A stretch of DNA of 64,000 bases from NCBI GenBank assembly GCA_009914755.4, contig CP068257.2:14208001-14272000 (forward strand). Direction: 5' to 3'. The stretch is from the human T2T-CHM13v2.0 reference genome, Homo sapiens. The translations under genes and the position numbers were made by a program. The notes under the pieces were generated by a model. The model was given only the letters and a program-made list of their open reading frames with translations. It was not told the origin of the DNA and ran no database searches. Below are positions 14,341-31,272 of this stretch, piece by piece (within the stretch, counting starts at the first letter, position 1; each line of letters begins with the position of its first letter).

Positions 14341-16365
14341 TGTACCCTGTGGGCTGTATTTTTTCCTTCACTTTGATTCATCAGATATATTTTGGGGAAG
14401 TTAATTCATTTTAGTCCCTATATGCCATATATGTTTGTCATGAGACAGTGTTGTGTGTGAGAGAGCACTTACATAGGTACTTGTACATGTGCTTGTGGGA
14501 TTTTTTTGTGCACAAAATTATTTTTTGTCAACTTTGGCTTTAAAATATTCTTTATTTTAATTGATGAATTCATACACCTAGTATTTCTTCACATTTTTAA
14601 ATTTAATCTTATGCATTGTCTTTTTTTTAATTTATAAGTCTAGTAAATTTTAAGTTGTTTTCTTGGGTGCCTTTGCTTAATATTTAGTTCCATTTACAAA
14701 CTTAATTATGGTACTTTAGATTCCCTAAATAATTAGTGTAATTCACTACACAAACAGGGAAGAGGAAAGAGAGAGAAAACACTCATTATTGATGAAAACC
14801 TTAGCTAGTTTGGCGTATAAGGTAACTACCTTAATTCACTAAAGAGTGTCTCTAAAAACAAAAATAGGAAATAATAAAACTGCAGCAAATATATAGAATT
14901 GTGAGCACTGAAAGCTTAAAATTTTTGTTGTCAAAAGCAAGGCAATGAAAATAAGCGAAAAGTAAAATACTGGAAAAGAAGAAACAAAGACATCATTATT
15001 TGTAGTTTTTTTTACCTTGAAATTCAAATAAAATCTACAACTGATGTATTAGAACTAGTAAGACAGCTTTGCAGCATGCAAACTTGTGTCAGACATCAAT
15101 TTTATTCCCTTTTGCCAGTAAAAAAAGTATGAGAAAGTATAAAAGTGAGACCATTTACAATAGTATCTGAAACTATGGAGTATATAGAAATAAATTTAAC
15201 AAAAGGTGCGTGTGACTTCTGTGGGGAAAATTATAAAACTTATTGGGAGACATTAACAAAGACCTAAATAAATGGGCATACATATGGTATTTGGAAAACT
15301 TGATATTATTAATATATAGATATCACTTTTCCCCCAAATGCTTTATAAATTCAGTGCAGGCTGTATGAAAATTCCAGCAAGATGTTTTATGGAGCTTGAT
15401 AAGCCAACTGAAAAATGTTACGGAAATGCAAAGATCCCAGTCCACCTCCCATCTCTGACAAGCAAGTTAGTGAACAGTATAAAGACTTTTTAATAAATGG
15501 TTCTGGGAAATAAATAAAATTTGATTTCTTCTTTATTCCATATGCAAAAATTCATTTCAATTGTGAAAGACTCCTGTGTAAAGCTGTTTAGAAGTCAACA
15601 TAGGTAGAAGCCCAAAGACATTCATTTATCCATAAGAGGCACTCACTGACCAGATATTTTTGACCAGGATATGTAATCTAGAGCCAGAGAAATTCAAAAT
15701 TTGTTTTCTCTTGACCCTGAGGAGCAAGTCAAGTCATCTTTTAGCTAATAATGACTCCAAATCTGTGCCCTCCACATTGATTGAGAGCTCTTCCCTTGTC
15801 CCCAAGATTCGTGTTCATGGAACTTGATTTTTAATTGTGACTTGATTCTGCAATGCTTCCTTCAGTTTGCTTCAACAGATTGGACTCATTATGTTTTTTT
15901 TCATAAAATCTTCTCATATTCTAACTGCAGGGCTGTTAAATCATACAAGTATTTAAATGACTTGTTTTTAGATTCTGCATATTCCTCCTATCTTTGTCTT
16001 GCTCTAAGTTCAGGGTTCAGTAAACCATAGCCTGCAGACCAGCTTACCACCTGTTTTTGTAAATAAACTTTTATTGGAACATGGCCATTTGTATACATAT
16101 TGTCTGTGGATACTTTCACACTGCAGTTACAGAGTTGAGTAACTGAAGAAGATGAGGCTTGCAAAGTCTAAAATATTATCTGGCCTTTTACAGAAAAAGT
16201 TTGCCTACTCACAACTTCTAAGGTGATTCTAATGACAACAAGGAATGACAGTTTGAATACCTTCCCCAGAAAAGCTAACTTCATACTTGCAGGACAAATT
16301 TTACCTTTATTTGTTATGAAGATCTACTAATAGCATGAAAATTATGTCTTGAAAATTAAAATTAA

Positions 16366-16667
16366 GACTGGATGTGGTGGCTCATGCTTATAATCCCAGC
16401 ACTTTTGGAAATCAAGGCACAGGGAGTTGTTTGAGGCCAGGAATTTGAGACCGGCCTGGCCAACATAGCAAGACCCTGTCTATACAAAACAGATTAAGTA
16501 ATTAACTGGAACTGGGAGCATGCACCTGTAATTCAAGCTACTTGGGAGACAGAGGTAGGAGGATTGCTGGAGCCCAGAAGGTCAAGTCTGCAGTTAGCCG
16601 TGATCGTGCCACTGCACTGCAGACTGGGCAACTGAGTGAGACCCTGTCTCCAAAAAAAAAAAAAAAA
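16366..16667 (+). mobile_element. Alu SINE (older, AluJ-like), A16 tail
   Basis: gactggatgtggtggctcatgcttataatcccagcacttttggaaatcaaggc through gaccctgtctcc, then poly-A. It is diverged from the consensus. Confidence 0.85.
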
Positions 16668-17470
16668 GTTTATATTCAAGGAGAATATCGTTGGCTAATA
16701 ACTATGTTTCTTATTTTTGTTTATAATGTTTATATAAAAGCCTTAACACTTTTGTTATCAGTATTCACTTTCCAATTTATCCTACATTGAATTTCAGTTA
16801 TTTTTCTTGAGTCAATTATTATAAAGTAAGCTAAGAAAATCTTGACTTTGGTATCACCTTAGAATTATTTAGTCCTATTACATGCCCTATAGTTGTTTTG
16901 GGGGTGGGGAGGGGCATTGAAATGTGAACTGCAGTTATTCTTTTACCATATCTCATGTAAATAAACTATTCGCCTACACACTTAAAGTCAAATTTACCAC
17001 ATATTTGCGAAGTTAAAAGGTTAAATAAATCTAACTTTTTTTAGTTTCTTAAAATTATGTATTAAGTATGTGTCCAAGCTTTGATTCATACTCAGCGTAA
17101 TATTTCATTTTCTTCCATCAGTTGATGTAGATATAATAATAGTTCAATAATATGATTTTATACTGATGAATTTTTGAGATGACCTGATTGATTATCCTGC
17201 CTTTATATTTCTGTTATCTGCTAGTAAAATCTTTATTGTTTAAAACATTTCATATCCATGCCTAATAATTTTTAGATTTAATGTTGTATTAATAAATAGT
17301 CTTGTGTGCCAGAAAGTAAAGTCTTGTTTTAGTTCTGATGTATCTTCATTTTGAACTCTTTATTTCTATTAATTCAGATAGTAGCGAAACAGTGCATTAC
17401 TTTTTGTACAGTTTCATAGTACTTTTTAAATCTTACTCTGAACATTTTTAATATTTTCTTTCACCTACAG

Positions 17471-17550
17471 GAGTGGCATCAGGATTATAGGAAATTCAGG
17501 GAAACAACTATGTATCTCATAATTGGGCTAGAAAATTTTCAAAGAGAAAG
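17471..17550 (+). CDS. internal coding exon (80 bp); encodes [26 protein letters not shown](+2 nt)
   Basis: Acceptor tcacctacAG|gag and donor gaaag|GTaagg, which is a perfect donor consensus. The frame is open and follows the phase-0 end of the previous exon. Confidence 0.7.
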
Positions 17551-18837
17551 GTAAGGCAAAGTGGACAAATATGAAAAGAGCATAATTTTTGCACTTAATT
17601 CTATTCAGGTGTGACCTCATCCATGGAAAAGATTTTATTCATACTCTGTATTTTTAATAAATGTTTTATTTTAGATCAGTTTTAAATTTACAGAAAAATT
17701 ACACAGTTGATATAGAGACTTCCCATATACCCCACATAAAATATATTTTCCATTTAAAACTCCGTAAGGTTGGCATTAGTGTCTGTGTTTATTAGCTCTC
17801 AAACACTACCCTTGAAGCTGAGTCTGATCTTGATATCAAGTCAGAGATAGTGTTTGCAGTCTGTCTTTGTGAACTTTCAGGTTCTGTAAAAAGTGTAGCT
17901 GTAGAAAATTTTTGTGTACTGTGACTTTAAACAAATTTTGGATTAATTTTCATTTAAATTAAGGATGGTCTTAAAGGAATATCTACTTATTTAATTATAC
18001 TATTATTTTAATTGTTATTAAGAAGAAAGGATACATTTTGCTTTACTTACATTTTAGGTTATTTACTAGTTTGCATGTATTTCTCCACATATTTCTTAAT
18101 GCGTGTTGTTGAACATTAACTTCCCTAGTGATTGTTTTTTGAGAAAATGCTTTATTTTCAATGCAGTGTATATTGCAGCCAAGTAAAAGGGATATTGAAT
18201 TTTTCCTTTCTTTTTTGTTTTATGAAATTTAAGAAGCTCCCACTTAGGTAATGATGCTTCTTTTTCAAAAAAAGAAACAAAGATCAGTGTTTAATTCTGG
18301 AGCTATGCTGTCCAACATAGCGGCCACCTGACAAAACTTAAATAACTAAAACTTTTAAAACCAAAGTTCAGTTCATCGGTTACACCGGCCACGTTTCAGT
18401 AGTTCAGTAGCCTCATGTGGTTAGTGGCCTCTATTTTTAGCCAGCACAGAACATTTCCATAATCACAGAAATTTCTATTGGACAGTACTATTCTAGAGGA
18501 CAGTACTTTCATTTTTATATTAATAGTTATCAAAATTTTTAGTTATCACACAAAAGGAAAAATTAATGTTTTACTTAACAATTTGTCTTAAGTACTTAAG
18601 TACAAATTATTTAAAGTCCTAGTCATTGTGCTATTTATAAGATAATTTCACTTTAGTCATTGATGTAGAAAACTTACTTTGATCAATACCTCCAATTTAT
18701 GAGTTATGTCAATCAAGATTTTATTTCTTTAATAGGAATATTCAAATGTACTATTAGAATTTATATTTGTGCTGATTTGAGAAAAATAATGTGATCGTAT
18801 AATTCAATAGAGTGAGATATAAAAAGGCATTTCAGTG

Positions 18838-18912
18838 TTACAGATAAAGAAATCAGACTTCACAGAGATGTAGTAACTTTGTCAAGGTCACACAGCTAAC
18901 TAGGAGAAGAAA
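18838..18912 (+). mobile_element. MIR core fragment
   Basis: cagataaagaaatcagacttcacagagatgtagtaactttgtcaaggtcacacagctaactagg matches acagatgaggaaactgaggctcagagaggttaagtaacttgcccaaggtcacacagctagtaag. Confidence 0.55.
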
Positions 18913-19265
18913 AATTAAAATAGAGACCTCGTATTCTTGTATAATTTAATGAAATCATGTAAGTACAAAATGTATTCATTTATCTCAATAAGAATTAAAA
19001 AGATGAAACTGTCACTTTGTACCTATCCGGATAGCTTCTGTATTAGTTGTTCCCAGTTAACATACATTAAAGGAATTTGAGATATAACTTGGAAATATGT
19101 TTAAATATTACAATTTGCTTGTCAGTTTTCAAATACATACTTACTCAGAAAGTTAATATTCTAGTATAGTAAATACTTACCAAATTAGAAGGATTAACTA
19201 GAAAATCAATAATGGTGACAGATATTACTTGTGGAATATCTTTTAAAGAAATATTGGTGTGTGTG

Positions 19266-19413
<148 letters not shown>

Positions 19414-19417
19414 ACTG

Positions 19418-19443
<26 letters not shown>
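19418..19443. repeat. T26 homopolymer immediately after the Alu A-tail
   Basis: A perfect run of 26 T. No Alu body adjoins it on the minus strand. Confidence 0.9.
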
Positions 19444-19448
<5 letters not shown>

Positions 19449-20504
19449 AAATCTTTAAATATAGCAGTTATTGTAGCTAGCTGTTTGTAAAATATTGCCA
19501 AAAGATTCTGTCAAAATTGTTTTTAATGAAAATGTAAACATTTAAAGGCTTGAATGAAATACTGATGGACCCTTGTGAGTCCTGAGAACAGTGAAGTGAA
19601 ATCATGGTTGCAAGAACCATAATTTTATAGAGTGTACCAGGCTACATGATCTTATTTTATCTTAGATAAGAATATGGTAATTGGACTGCTAAATCTTATT
19701 CTAAATTTATTTGAATATACATTCGTAAGCACTTTAAAGTTTGATAACATATGGAACATTTTGCGTACCTCAGTAGAGAATTGGAACAAGGTCATGGTTT
19801 CAGAGCAATTCTCAAAGAGGTGACTCAGGTCTAGAAAGCCAGATGTCAGTGTCATTCAGGAGAGATCTTCTTAACAGGAAACTCAGTAGCTATAAAGGAA
19901 AAGATAGATGTGCTAGTTACTTATTAATTAACGAACTACTACAACTTAATGTTGTAAAACAACTTTTAATATTATCACTTCCTTCGTTTTTCATAAATAA
20001 CATCTTTAACTGAGAATATGTTTATTAACCTAATATCATTTCAAAATAAAATGTTATACTTAATCTCAAAAACAAATTCCTAGAAAGCCGTTTTCAAAAA
20101 ATGTATAAAATAGACCTATTTACCATGACACCTTCAGGTGTGTAATTTGATTTGCCATGAATGTATACATTAATTTTTAAATAATTTTACATTTAACATT
20201 TGGGATGTGGAATGGATTTATTTTGTATCTAAGTACATGAATTAAGTAATAAACAGTAATTATTGGCAGGAGCGTCTAGAGTTTAAAATTGTGTTTCTTT
20301 ACAATATTTCATTTTTTAAAATATATTTTTCCATATTAATCTGTGAAAAAATATATTAATGAAAAACTGACGCAAAGGAAATATTTTAAAATAATATTTT
20401 TTATTTCAGTTATACAAATACTTGGCTAGATATAGTTTTTATTTTGACATGTTAGAAGGATAGTTTTGAGGTAAAAGTAATTCTTTATTAAATATTTTTT
20501 TCTT

Positions 20505-20824
20505 CCATTTTTGTTTTGTTTTGTATTTTTGAGTTGGGGTCTTGCTCTGTTGCGCAGGCTGGAATGCAGTGGTATGATCATGGCTCACTACAACCTCTTA
20601 CCTTCTCAGCTCAAGAAGTCCTTCCTCCTCAGCCTCCTGAGTAGCTGGTACTACAGGCATGTACCACGATGCCCAGCTAATTTTTTTTTTTTTAATGTTT
20701 TTGTAGAGATGGGGGTGTCAACTATGTTGGCCAGGCAGGTCTTGAACTTCTGGCCTCAGCTGATCCTGTCACCACCACCTCCCAAAGTATTGGGATTACA
20801 GGCATGAGCGACTGTGCCTGGCCC
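20505..20824 (-). mobile_element. Alu SINE (older, AluJ-like)
   Basis: (ttttg)n tail, then gagttggggtcttgctctgttgcgcaggctggaatgcagtgg, ending in ggattacaggcatgagcgactgtgcctggcc. Confidence 0.85.
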
Positions 20825-20911
20825 CTTTTCTTCCCTTTTTAAAACCTAATTTGAATTTCATAATATCTAGACTTACATTAATATAACACATATGCCTAAT
20901 TCTATCACTTC

Positions 20912-21195
20912 TTTTTTTTTTGAGACGGAGTTTTGCTCTTGTTGCCCAGGCTGGAGTGCAGTGGCGTGATCTCAGCTCACCTCACCCTCCACCTCCCGGG
21001 ATTCTGCTACCTCAGCCTGCCGAGTAGCTGGGACTACAGGCATGTGTCACCATGCCCGGCTAATCTTGTATTTTTAGTAGAGGCGGGGTTTCTCCATGTT
21101 GGTCAGGCTGGTCTCGAACTCCCTACGTCAGGTGGTCCGTCTGCCTCAGCCTCCCAAAGTGCTGGGATTACAGGTGTGAGCCGCCGCACCCGGCC
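20912..21195 (-). mobile_element. Alu SINE (AluS-like)
   Basis: tttttttttgagacggagttttgctcttgttgcccaggctggagtgcagtgg through gtgagccgccgcacccggcc. Confidence 0.9.
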
Positions 21196-21805
21196 TCTAT
21201 CAGCTTTTTTATGTTTGCAGGCTTTTTGTTTTTGCTTTATTCCACTAGGTTTCCCAGATTTAGAAGAAATCTTTCATTGTCCACTTCCTCTATTTCCTTT
21301 AGATATTCTTATTTCTATTTTTTTTTTACATTTTTCTCAGTAACTAAAACTGTCTGCACATAGAAAAGAACCTGTCTAAGTTGTCATTGAACAAACCAAA
21401 TGATGTTTGTGATCATTTACTTCATATAAATGTGACATTGCGTTAAACAATTAGATTGTTGGCTTTCACATTAGCTCCAATTTTGAGTTTAAATGGAAGA
21501 CATCAGGAAAATAAATACCAAGGAAAACAGAACTATCTGACTTTATCAGTTATTGCCTCTTTTCCCAGATTTTTTCTTAATTTATAGCTCTTCTTTTTTT
21601 ACTTTTAAGATAACTATCTCTGGGTTTCAGATGTTGCTGTTGCTAAAAAGGCGCTCTCAAGCATACACTGCGTCAGATGATATTTTTTATTATAATGTAG
21701 ATTATCAAAACTTAAGCATATACTTAAAATGTTTCATAATTATAGCTGACTTTGTTTCTACAAAGGTGAAATACTAATGTTATATGTTTCTTTTTAATTT
21801 TCAAG

Positions 21806-21929
21806 TTATATAGATTCCTTGCTGTTCCTCATCTGTGCTTATCAGAATAACAAAGAACTCTTGTCTAAAGGCTTATACAGAGGACATGATGAAGAATTGA
21901 TATCACATTATAGAAGAGAATGTTTGCTA
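21806..21929 (+). CDS. internal coding exon (124 bp); encodes (S)[41 protein letters not shown]
   Basis: Acceptor ttttaattttcaAG|tt and donor ttgcta|GTaagt. The phase matches (ag+t=AGT) and the frame is open. Confidence 0.65.
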
Positions 21930-22288
21930 GTAAGTTGAATGCATATAGTATGATCTTATCATTTTGTCTGACATTGGGCAAGTTTTCCAGACTCATATAT
22001 AAGTGATTGACTCCATAAACTCTGAGGGGATAAGAACATGATGATGTCTATAAACTGGTTCTAGTCCCTTCAGATGGAAAAGTACACTCAGTACTTTATT
22101 CTTTTCTCTTTATGAATCCCAAGTACTATAGGTGATAAATGAGAAATGTTCTTAAAATAGCATCAGTTTGTTTACATTTCTGTATTTAGATTTCGTCATC
22201 ACACTACCACTCCTTTTTTTGGTGGGAGAGGAAGGGATGCATAGATAAGCCTTAAAAAATGTTTTATGTAAGTCTATAAGAATATGCA

Positions 22289-22588
22289 GGCTGGCGCAGC
22301 AGCTCATGCCTGTAATCCTAGCACTTTGGAAGGCTGAGGCTGGTGGATCACAAAGTCAGGAGATCGAGACCATCCTGGCCAACGTGGTGAAACCCCATCT
22401 CGACTAAAATACACAAACACAAAAATTAGCTGGATATGGTGGTGTGCGCCTGTAGTCTCAACTACTCAGGAGGCTGAGGCAGGGGAATCGCATGAACCTG
22501 GGAAGTGGAGGTTGCCTTGAGCCAAGATCGCGCCACTGCATTCCATCCTGGCAACCAGGTGACAGAGCAAGACTCTGTCTCAAAAAAA
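22289..22588 (+). mobile_element. Alu SINE (AluS-like), in opposite orientation to the two Alus upstream of exon 21806-21929
   Basis: ggctggcgcagcagctcatgcctgtaatcctagcactttggaaggctgaggc through gagcaagactctgtctcaaaaaaa. Confidence 0.9.
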
Positions 22589-23782
22589 CAAGAATATACA
22601 TAGAATGTATTAGAGTAATTTGTTTAACTTAAAAAATTGAATTTTCAGGTACAAGAATAGTATAGCTGACTTTAAACATACATAGAACCAAAACCTGATG
22701 GTTCCTCTGAAACCTTCAAAAAATGGTATAATGTTTCTCATCATTTTTTGTAGTAACCCAGCCACATTTGGTTATTTGTTTTACATAGGAATTGAAATGA
22801 AACCTCGTCAAGATTACTTTAGTGTTCCTTTCAGATTTTTTCACGTTGTATATTTACAAAGTGTCAGGTTCTGAGGGATACAAACATGAGTAAGATGTAC
22901 TTCCTGTCCTCAGAAAACTCAGTCTGGTAGGAGACATAATTGTTTGTTCTGGAATAAGTGCCATTATGAGAAATATGCACAATGATATGCCTGAAATATT
23001 TGGGAAGAACCTTAAGAGACAAGGTAAACCTCGTCTGGATCTTGATGGATAAATAGAAGTTTTATTCATGATAGAGAAGGGAGAATATTCCAGTACACAA
23101 CAGAAAATCAAGATAAATTCACTGTGGCTATCCAGGTTATGAGGAAGTGGGGTAAGGTGGAAGTGATGAAGCTGACAATACTTGTCGATGTCAGATGATG
23201 AAGAAACTTAGATGACATTCAAATGAGTTTGCACCAGTGTAAGTTTGATTAGGTTTGGCATAATGAGGTTTGTTTTCAGAAAATAATTCTGGTAATAATA
23301 ATAGCATTCTAGAGGATGAACAGGAAAGAAGTAGATTGAAGTCAAGAACCTTAGAGGGGAAAGTCAAGGGACGGAGAGTGAGGACCTCAACTCATGTAGT
23401 ACGGTAGGTATGATGGTGAAGGAAATGAAATCGGCATGTCATAGCTGTTGGGTGAGTGGGAAGAAGGAAATGGAAGAGTCAAAGCTGCCAAACTTACTAG
23501 TTTTTCGTTTAATATTAGGGAGTCTAATAGGAGGAACAAGGTTGGCTTTGAACATGTTTTATTTAAGAGATTTCCAGGACATTCTTTGATTCAGTGAACT
23601 TAACATTAAACTTGTCATTAAATTTTATATATCATTTAATGCATACTTCCAAAAATTGTAGTAAATACTTGAAGATTTATCTCATTTTATTCTCTTAACC
23701 CCTATGGTTGGAAGATAAAATACCCTATTATTAATATAAAGAAAGTGAAGCTAACAGATTTAGCTAATCTGTTCACGATTGG

Positions 23783-24152
23783 TGTATTAGTCCGTTCTCA
23801 CACTGCTATAAAGATACTACACAAGACTGGGTAATTTATAAAGGAAAGAGGTTTAACTGACTCACAGTTCCACATGGTTGGGGAGGCCTCAGGAAACTTA
23901 AAATGATGGCGGAAGGTGAAGGGGAAGCAAGGACCTTCATCACATGGTGGCAGGAGAGAGAAGTGCAAGCAGAGGAAATGCCAGATGCTTATGAAACCAT
24001 CAGATCTCATGAGACTCACTCCCTGTCACAAGAACAGCACTGGGGAAACTGTCCCTATGATCTGATCACCTCCCACCAGGTCTCTTCCTCAACACCTGGG
24101 GGTTACAATTCAAGATAAGATTTGGGTGGAGACACAAAGCCTAACCATATCA
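23783..24152 (-). mobile_element. solo THE1/MST-type MaLR LTR (ERVL-MaLR)
   Basis: Reverse complement of the THE1 consensus. It starts tgtattagtccgttctcacactgctataaagatac..gggtaatttataaaggaaagaggtttaactgactcacagttccacatggttggggaggcctcaggaaactt and ends ..caattcaagataagatttgggtggagacacaaagcctaaccatatca. Confidence 0.8.
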
Positions 24153-25198
24153 ATTGGGTAATTGATTCATGGCCAAGTTGGACTTAATAGCACAACCATC
24201 TTTCCAAAATCAAAATAAATTGCATAAGAATTATGTGGTGTAAATCTAAATATATAACTTTTTTTATTTGAAATTCAGCTTAAAAGTCATGTTTATCATG
24301 CTGTAAACATAAGATTTTAAATAAGAACCCTTAAATATTATAGGTCTTATACCTGTATTTATCTCTTATGTTTCTTATTGCATGGATTTCTCTGTTCTAC
24401 TAGATCAGTGATCAGCACACTATGGCTTGTGCTCCACCTACCACTTGTTTTTATAGATAAGTTTTATTGAAACATAGCCATGCACATTCATTTATATATT
24501 GGGTATTATTGTCTTTGTACTACAATGGCAGAGTTGAATAGTTGCAACAGAAACTTCATGGCCTTCAAAGCCTATAATAGTCCTCGTCTGGCCCTTCACA
24601 GAAAAAGTTTGCCAATCCTTGTACCAAATTGTAAGCTCCATGAGAGTTTTCTGTATTAATCACTTGAGTGCCCCTGCATCTGCAGAAATTTCTGGCACGT
24701 GGTGTTGACTCTGTAGGAAGTTTTTGAAGGGAAAAGTGAATTGATTACCTTTATATTTCTGTATCAAGGAATACAATAGTATATATTCAGTTGCCATTAA
24801 TGGAGATGAGTTTTTCAAAAATTAATATGGATTCTGAATTTCTTTATTTTTAAAACTATTTTGAGTGCTTATACAATTTTATAATTTGGGGAAGTTAATC
24901 TCTAGAGAAGAAAAAATGGCCCCTGTGTTGATGATCGGCATAAGCCAAACATGACTGAAAAACACAATAATGTTTTCTCCACCGCTGTTGCTTTTGTTTC
25001 TGTTGTTGCCATATGCATAGCTTTTTCTAAAGAGAGATTTTCAGTTCTAGATAGGTTGAGATTGTTTTCTCTAAATACCGTTTGTTCTAATACTGTTTGT
25101 GAACATATTTATGTTGTCTTCCTTATTAATACTTACAGATCCTTAATTTAAAAAGGAAACAAAAACCTATTCTTTTTTTTTTCCTGCATTGCATTAAG

Positions 25199-25394
25199 AA
25201 ATTAAATGAGCAAGCCGCAGAACTCTTCGAATCTGGAGAGGATCGAGAAGTAAACAATGGTTTGATTATCATGAATGAGTTTATTGTCCCATTTTTGCCA
25301 TTATTACTGGTGGATGAAATGGAAGAAAAGGATATACTAGCTGTAGAAGATATGAGAAATCGATGGTGTTCCTACCTTGGTCAAGAAATGGAAC
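25199..25394 (+). CDS. penultimate coding exon (196 bp); encodes [65 protein letters not shown](+1 nt)
   Basis: Acceptor ttcctgcattgcattaAG|aa and donor ggaac|GTaagt. A long open frame in phase with the upstream exons. Confidence 0.7.
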
Positions 25395-25705
25395 GTAAGT
25401 TTAAACAATGGTAGTAGGCACCTGAGATGTCCGGATTAAATGCAGTTAGAATTAGATGTTATTTATTCTTGCCATTTTTTATATTAAATACAATATTAAG
25501 TATTAATATTTTCACATTCACATGATTACTCTTTTTCCATATTGATGAACTAAGCTGTGTGCATTGCAGTTGCCATTTATGTTTTTGTCTCCCCAAAATG
25601 GCAATTATCTTACCTATTAGAGTAAGTTAATATTAGTAAATCATGTTGACAATGATCGTGTAATAATTTCTATCTTTAGTTAGATTTAATTGTTTGTATT
25701 TGCAG

Positions 25706-25878
25706 CACACCTCCAAGAAAAGCTGACAGATTTTTTGCCAAAACTGCTTGATTGTTCTATGGAGATTAAAAGTTTCCATGAGCCACCGAAGTTACCTTCA
25801 TATTCCACGCATGAACTCTGTGAGCGATTTGCCCGAATCATGTTGTCCCTCAGTCGAACTCCTGCTGATGGAAGATAA
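25706..25878 (+). CDS. terminal coding exon; encodes (P)[56 protein letters not shown] then TAA stop
   Basis: Acceptor ttgtatttgcAG|ca, 311 bp after the previous donor. The ORF track (25690..25878 +) shows the same peptide ending at the stop at 25876-25878. An AT-rich 3'UTR with polyA signals follows. Confidence 0.75.
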
Positions 25879-26310
25879 ACTGCACACTTTCCCTGAACAC
25901 ACTGTATAAACTCTTTTTAGTTCTTAACCCTTGCCTTCCTGTCACAGGGTTTGCTTGTTGCTGCTATAGTTTTTAACTTTTTTTTATTTTAATAACTGCA
26001 AAAGACAAAATGACTATACAGACTTTAGTCAGACTGCAGACAATAAAGCTGAAAATCGCATGGCGCTCAGACATTTTAACCGGAACTGATGTATAATCAC
26101 AAATCTAATTGATTTTATTATGGCAAAACTATGCTTTTGCCACCTTCCTGTTGCAGTATTACTTTGCTTTTATCTTTTCTTTCTCAACAGCTTTCCATTC
26201 AGTCTGGATCCTTCCATGACTACAGCCATTTAAGTGTTCAGCACTGTGTACGATACATAATATTTGGTAGCTTGTAAATGAAATAAAGAATAAAGTTTTA
26301 TTTATGGCTA
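25879..26310 (+). other. 3' UTR of the same gene (the 3' end is inferred from the polyA signals)
   Basis: Non-coding sequence after the TAA stop. Tandem AATAAA at 26282-26294 is followed by a T/GT-rich stretch (tttatttatggctacctatgtgtttg). Confidence 0.5.
26282..26294 (+). terminator. tandem polyadenylation signals (AATAAAGAATAAAG) with a downstream GU/U-rich element
   Basis: Two AATAAA hexamers lie about 405 nt after the stop codon, and tgtgtttg lies about 25 nt downstream. Confidence 0.5.
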
Positions 26311-26718
26311 CCTATGTGTTTGTAAGCAGGTATATTGTATATTAGTGTATTAGTAATACTAGATAAATGAATTTTGTCTGGGGATTAAGATTGGATAGTT
26401 AATAGATTAATACAATCTTTTAATTCTGCTCTAATGCTAGCAAATTGGAAAATGTTTAAGTCTTTGACACTTAAATTTATCTATATTTTTAACAAAGTTC
26501 TTGAACTTAGTATGGCACCGGAACCTGTTTTGAATTCAGTCAGGTTTTTACTCAAGTAAGTGGTTGATTTTTTTTAAGTCAAACTACACTGAAACTTTTA
26601 TCCTTTTCTTAGATTAATCTTACTTTTTAAATGTATTTACAATATACAGCAAGGTGATTATTTCAAGAGAATCCCAAAGTACTTGAATAAGGGCTATTGT
26701 AAAATTTAAAAGAAATAT

Positions 26719-26761
26719 TTATATATACACATATATACACATACACACATGTATATATATA
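26719..26761. repeat. (TA/CA)n simple repeat
   Basis: atatatacacatatatacacatacacacatgtatatatatat. Confidence 0.8.
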
Positions 26762-27758
26762 TTCTTCATAATGGAGGACAATGTTTTGCAATATATAAAT
26801 CATTCTATTTTTGTAAATTGTATATCACTTTAATTGAAAATGTTCTCTACTAATTAATACTGTGAAACAAAATTGATGTTGTTTAACTAGAAGTTATGAG
26901 TATCTTAACTGCCTTTATTCCTTTTCAAAAAGGAAAAAGCTGTAGAACATTTTGTAGATGAAACTACTGTTTAAGATTAATGAATTAATATTGTGAATGA
27001 AAATCAAAATCCATACTTTAAAGGTAATCATGTTACTAACAACCTATTTTTGAATTCATAAAAATTTCTTTATAAATGATGTTTTGTGAACATAGTAAAA
27101 TAGACCATTATACTATGTGTATGTTTGATACAGCGTCGCCAAAACTAGTGTTCTTTATTAGTGCCTCTCACAAAAGATCCTGGATGGAGGAGTAAGATGA
27201 AATATTATGCTATTATATGATGCTGTTTGTAAAGGTATTAATGTACTAGTAAGGTGTTAATGACAAGGAATTAGTACTATTCCTGTTGTAAAGTTAGATT
27301 TTGCATATTGTATCTATCAAAATATGTTTGGGTTTAGATTTTAAGTTGTCTACTGAGCAGATTTCTGCATTGGTTTTCCAGTCCTGTTAAAAGTTTAGAA
27401 ACTTCATATGTGTCATCACAGCTTTTGTAAAGAAAGTATCCTTAATATTTTATGACATTCTACCACAGTGGTAAAGTTGTTTGTGTTTGTGTATAATTGA
27501 CTGCTGAGATACAAAGTGCCCAAACACTATATGGAAATTATTCCTTCAAAGTCACATCCAGAGAATCATGTCACTCTTGTGCTGAAGGTAAGTATTATAA
27601 TTGTATTTACTATGTACTTAAAAACCAGATTATTTATTCCTAGTAATGAATTTGAAATAACTTATTTAAAGAAAAGTGACCTTTTTCAAGACCTACAGAA
27701 ACAACTTATTTTAATATTGGTTTTTAATCTAATTGTAAGGTTTAGATCATTGAAATTT

Positions 27759-31272
<3,514 letters not shown>

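Noticed and set aside
20933-21343. 136-aa plus-strand ORF
   Set aside because: Antisense Alu sequence (..[13 protein letters not shown]..) running into AT-rich flank. No splice or codon evidence.
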